From an uncultured Planctomycetota bacterium (GTDB lineage: Bacteria > Planctomycetota > Planctomycetia > Isosphaerales > Isosphaeraceae), in NCBI GenBank assembly GCA_963845755.1, contig CAWJTV010000047.1, positions 64,001 through 128,000 of the forward strand: a stretch of 64,000 bases of DNA. Direction: 5' to 3'. The position numbers were made by a program, and so were the translations under genes. Position 1 is the stretch's first letter. Each line of letters opens with the position of its first letter. Of the stretch, positions 62,429 through 64,000 are shown in pieces. Below the pieces are notes generated by a model. That model did no database searches. It saw only the letters and a program-made list of their open reading frames with translations, and was not told the origin of the DNA.

Positions 62429-62542
62429 TCTGTTCCGGAAAGGCGAGCGGGGGGCGTCAGCCCCCTGTCATCGAGGGCCGTCACTCGCCGGACAGGGGGC
62501 TGACGCCCCCCGCTCGCCAGGACCTGCCCCTTCCGGAACAGA
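62429..62542. repeat. Nested inverted repeat (REP doublet/REPIN-like)
   Basis: Perfect 28-bp IR GGCGAGCGGGGGGCGTCAGCCCCCTGTC (62442-62469 / 62491-62518) inside a 12-bp outer IR TCTGTTCCGGAA (62429-62440 / 62531-62542). Confidence 0.88.
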
Positions 62543-62768
62543 TTGTCCGTCCGTCGCGACCGGCCCGACTGCCCAGGCCGATGGGATCCCCGAACCAGGA
62601 CCTCAAGAATCGGTTTCGGGCATCGCGGCCGGATTCCCATACCACCGGAACCGGAGCCGCAGCCCCCAGGCTGTCAACGAGAGTCACCCCACGCTCCGGG
62701 CGAGCAACGCATTCATCGACAATTCGATGCAATTGCACACCCTTTGTCGTGCAGCGGGAGGCTACACC

Positions 62769-64000
62769 ATGTTCGTTCGCGGATTCCGAGCAGCGCAGAA
62801 TCACTCACCCAGGCGGTCCCGGATCGGCGCTCGTCGTGAGCGTCGGCGGCGATTCGCGCCCGGCCTCCTTCCGCTGGAGGCCCGCGCCCTGTTGAGCACG
62901 CTCACCGTCACCAACGACGCCGACAGCGGCAAGGGCTCGCTCCGCGCCGAGCTGGCCCTGGCCCAGAACGACGACACCATCGTCTTCGCGCCCCGGGCCT
63001 ACGGCACCATCACGCTCTCCAGCGGCCCGCTCGAGGTCGCAACCGGGGTCAAGATCCAGGGGCCGGGCGCGAGCAAGGTCACTGTCAGCGGGGACGACAA
63101 CTCCACCGTCTTCGACATCGACAGCGGGGTGACGGCCTCGATCTCGGGACTGACGATCACCGACGGCACGAGTGGCGGCGTGTACTACACCGGCGGCGGG
63201 ATCTTCAACCAGGGCACGCTGACCCTGAGCGACGCGATCGTCACCGGCAACACGACCTCGTTCCGGTTTTTCTACTCGGGCGCAGGCGGCATCGTCAATG
63301 AAGGCACGATGAAGATCGCCGACAGTACCATCTCCGGCAATTCCGGCGTCGGCGCCGGCGGCATCGAGAACTCCGGGTCGTTGGCCATCACCGGCTGCAC
63401 CATCTCCGGCAATACCGACGGCGGCATCGAGGGCACCGGGTCGTTGACCATCACCGACAGCATCATCTCCGGCAACTCCGGCAGCGGCATCGGGAGCAGC
63501 GGGTACATCGGGAGCAACGCGTCGTTGACGATCACCGGCTGCACCATCTCCGGCAATACCGGCGGCGGCATCGACAGTAACCACCCGTTGACCATCACCG
63601 GCAGCACCATCTCGGGCAACTCCGGCGTCGGCAGCGGTGGCATCTATTGCTACGAGTCGTTGAGCATCACCGGCAGCACCATCTCGGGCAACTCCGGCTC
63701 GGATACCGGCGGTATCATCGCCAAGAACGGACTGGACCTCGTCGCCAGCGTCGTGAGCGGCAACGCGGGTGGCGGCATCTCGTGCGGGGGCACGTCAACG
63801 ATCACCGGCAGCCAGATCGTGAACAACACGAACCACCCGACGCAGCCCTACGCCGAATCGGCCGAGGGTGGCGGCATCGCCGTCTACTACGGCAACTTGA
63901 CCATCACCGGGAGCAGGATCTCGGGCAACACGGTCGAATGCGAGTTCGCCTCCGGCGGCGGAATTTACATGAACGCCAACCTGGGCGATGTCCTGACGGT
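62769..64000 (+). CDS. Secreted right-handed beta-helix repeat protein with planctomycete LExRxLL leader (runs off the right edge)
   Basis: Hand translation from ATG 62769: ...RRRRFAPGLLPLEARALLSTLTVTNDADSGKGSLRA..., then repeated LTITGSTISGN.GGGI. Confidence 0.88.
   Translation, partial: MFVRGFRAAQNHSPRRSRIGARRERRRRFAPGLLPLEARALLSTLTVTNDADSGKGSLRAELALAQNDDTIVFAPRAYGTITLSSGPLEVATGVKIQGPGASKVTVSGDDNSTVFDIDSGVTASISGLTITDGTSGGVYYTGGGIFNQGTLTLSDAIVTGNTTSFRFFYSGAGGIVNEGTMKIADSTISGNSGVGAGGIENSGSLAITGCTISGNTDGGIEGTGSLTITDSIISGNSGSGIGSSGYIGSNASLTITGCTISGNTGGGIDSNHPLTITGSTISGNSGVGSGGIYCYESLSITGSTISGNSGSDTGGIIAKNGLDLVASVVSGNAGGGISCGGTSTITGSQIVNNTNHPTQPYAESAEGGGIAVYYGNLTITGSRISGNTVECEFASGGGIYMNANLGDVLT

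Noticed and set aside
63230..63780. Tandem DNA repeats near the right edge and antisense ORFs 62805-63584 and 63272-63643
   Set aside because: Explained by beta-helix coding repeats of the plus-strand secreted protein.

Overview
GC-rich bacterial DNA that reads as a planctomycete, most likely Isosphaeraceae-like. Supporting hallmarks are ECF sigma factor/Ser-Thr kinase pairs, a TIGR03000-type domain, an LExRxLL-type export leader, a PEP-CTERM protein and planctomycete-style REP hairpins. Left to right the window holds: a TPR / ExbB-like / prenyltransferase-repeat operon; a hicBA toxin-antitoxin pair; a three-gene GAP1-N2 conflict-system-like module with no GTPase in view; an accessory zone at 13.4-19.5 kb with two families of ~115-bp miniature elements, an IS1182-like remnant and membrane proteins; an S9 peptidase; a phosphatase-glgP-pgm-pgi cluster; priA and nadD; xfp and ackA; an ECF/WD40-kinase pair; a split selenocysteine formate dehydrogenase operon (in-frame UGA plus SECIS); a gluconolactonase; a class A beta-lactamase-fold hydrolase with an ECF/TPR-kinase pair, bracketed by tandem arrays of a 142-152-bp structured repeat built from GAATC/GATTC heptamers; and a secreted beta-helix protein. 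About 14 frameshifts interrupt otherwise intact genes, including priA, and are most likely sequencing or assembly indels. I saw no rRNA, tRNA or CRISPR-cas. All family calls come from motif recognition by eye, not database searches.
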